A stretch of 47,901 nt of DNA, the filler included, from Dimargaris cristalligena (Eukaryota), in the NCBI GenBank assembly GCA_003614675.1. It is 2 parts of 2 records of this genome, joined end to end, with 100 filler letters (N's around TTAATTAATTAA, not from the genome) between each part and the next. Parts side by side here need not be neighbours in the genome. Positions count along the whole stretch, not along the records: positions 24,018 to 47,901 come from ML002603.1; 1 more part is not named here. One strand, written 5' to 3'. The notes under the pieces are model-generated. The model was not told where the DNA came from. It searched no databases and was given only the letters and a program-made list of their open reading frames with translations. Below are positions 46,792 through 47,901 of this stretch, in pieces (the first letter of the stretch is position 1; every line of letters starts with the position of its first letter). A program made the translations under genes and the position numbers.

Positions 46792-47193
46792 TCATGGTTT
46801 GGATGATTTTTTCTTGAGCTTGTAAATTTGAATGGCCGCCCCCTTTACCGTTTTGGCTACCTTTTCAAATTTGAGTGCAGTATCGGAAAGTTGGGGCGAA
46901 TGCGGCCCCATTGGCGGCTTGGTACTGGTGGGCTCGTTGGCATTTTTTTTAGCGCCCACTAACTTATTTTTGGCGACTGACCACTTGGAAGGTTTGGGCT
47001 GTCCTCCGGCCGCAGCACTAGAAGGGGCGGCGCGTTTTTGCAAGTGCTGCGACTGGGTTGCATGTTGGGTAGTGGCAATATTGTTGGTGGGAGTGGGTTT
47101 GTTGGACACCTGAAGGTCGGATAGAGTGGAATGGGGGTATGAAACGAGGAGGACGAATCCCAATAGAGCAGCTAGGCATGAACGGCTGTACAT
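46792..47193 (-). CDS. Small secreted Lys-rich orphan protein (133 aa)
   Basis: Signal peptide-like MYSRSCLAALLGFVLLVSYPHSTLS, a T/Q-rich pro-segment ending LQKR and a basic C-terminal region. ATG context AACAACATG. Confidence 0.65.
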   Translation of the reverse strand: MYSRSCLAALLGFVLLVSYPHSTLSDLQVSNKPTPTNNIATTQHATQSQHLQKRAAPSSAAAGGQPKPSKWSVAKNKLVGAKKNANEPTSTKPPMGPHSPQLSDTALKFEKVAKTVKGAAIQIYKLKKKSSKP

Positions 47194-47901
47194 GTTGTTC
47201 GACTGGAGCTTTGAAAACTGGATAGGGGGTGTGGGGTTGGGTGAGGATAGCGGGCGATTGGAAGCGAGGTCTACATAATGTAATAATGGTAATGGGTGTT
47301 TGTGTATTGGTTAGATAACTAGAAATAATATACCTATGGGTCAAAGTCACATTGTAGACATGAAGAGCGTGTAATATTATAATGTCAGGTTTAAATAGAA
47401 TGCACCTATTCTACCTTATGGCTGACTTACCGGTGAGAGTAGTTATCGAATGTAATGCGTAGTTGGCAGGAGTGGCGAGTTGAAGCCAGTAGAGAGATAT
47501 GACATGTGAATGTATAAATCCAAAGACTGGGCTGAAGTTGCTTCTTATATATTTCTCCGTCGCTTGTTAATCGGGACCCGTTTCCAATGCAAAAGGAGGC
47601 GGGTGGTGTTTTCCACGGTGGGCGTATACTTCTATTACCATGAGTTTCGAGGTGAATATGTGGTAGATAGCCGGTGTCACAGAGTGGTGGTGTCAAGCCA
47701 CTAAAATGAACAACAAAATATATCAAAAAGGGCAGGGTGGCTTCTCCAGGCGAACTGGTTAGTCACTCTATGAAATTCTTTAAAAATATAATACTTTTTA
47801 TAATAAAATAAAACCAGTTTAAACCAAAGTAATATAAATACCTGTTTGGAAGCTCAAAAGGACCATTTCCTTGGCAACCACAACTTCAGAGGCATAAAGA
47901 A

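Overview
Eukaryotic, fungal DNA with GC-rich exons, short GT-AG introns and a Zn2Cys6 factor. The style suggests an early-diverging fungus such as a Zoopagomycota/Dimargaris-like species, but that is inference only. The window is two assembly pieces joined by an artificial 100-bp linker (N44-TTAATTAATTAA-N44, 23918-24017), so the halves may not be physically linked. The left piece has a solo-LTR-like repeat, two decayed paralogues of an orphan multi-exon gene, LTV1, NOP12 (5 exons), RCC1, COG2 (2 exons), a Zn2Cys6 TF and the 5' part of URB1/NPA1, whose last ~290 bp are inverted at the contig end (probable chimera). The right piece has an LTR fragment, ATP10, VAM7, RPB6 (2 exons), a Cid1-family nucleotidyltransferase (4 exons), a LEA_2-like membrane protein, tRNA-Cys(GCA), a secreted GH17, a third LTR copy and a small secreted orphan. 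I found no clearly novel multi-gene system. The strongest signal is mutational: CpG is almost absent for more than 1 kb around two LTR copies, the loss extends into a neighbouring gene copy, and the duplicated gene copies differ by many CpA/TpG-to-TpA changes (methylation- or RIP-like).
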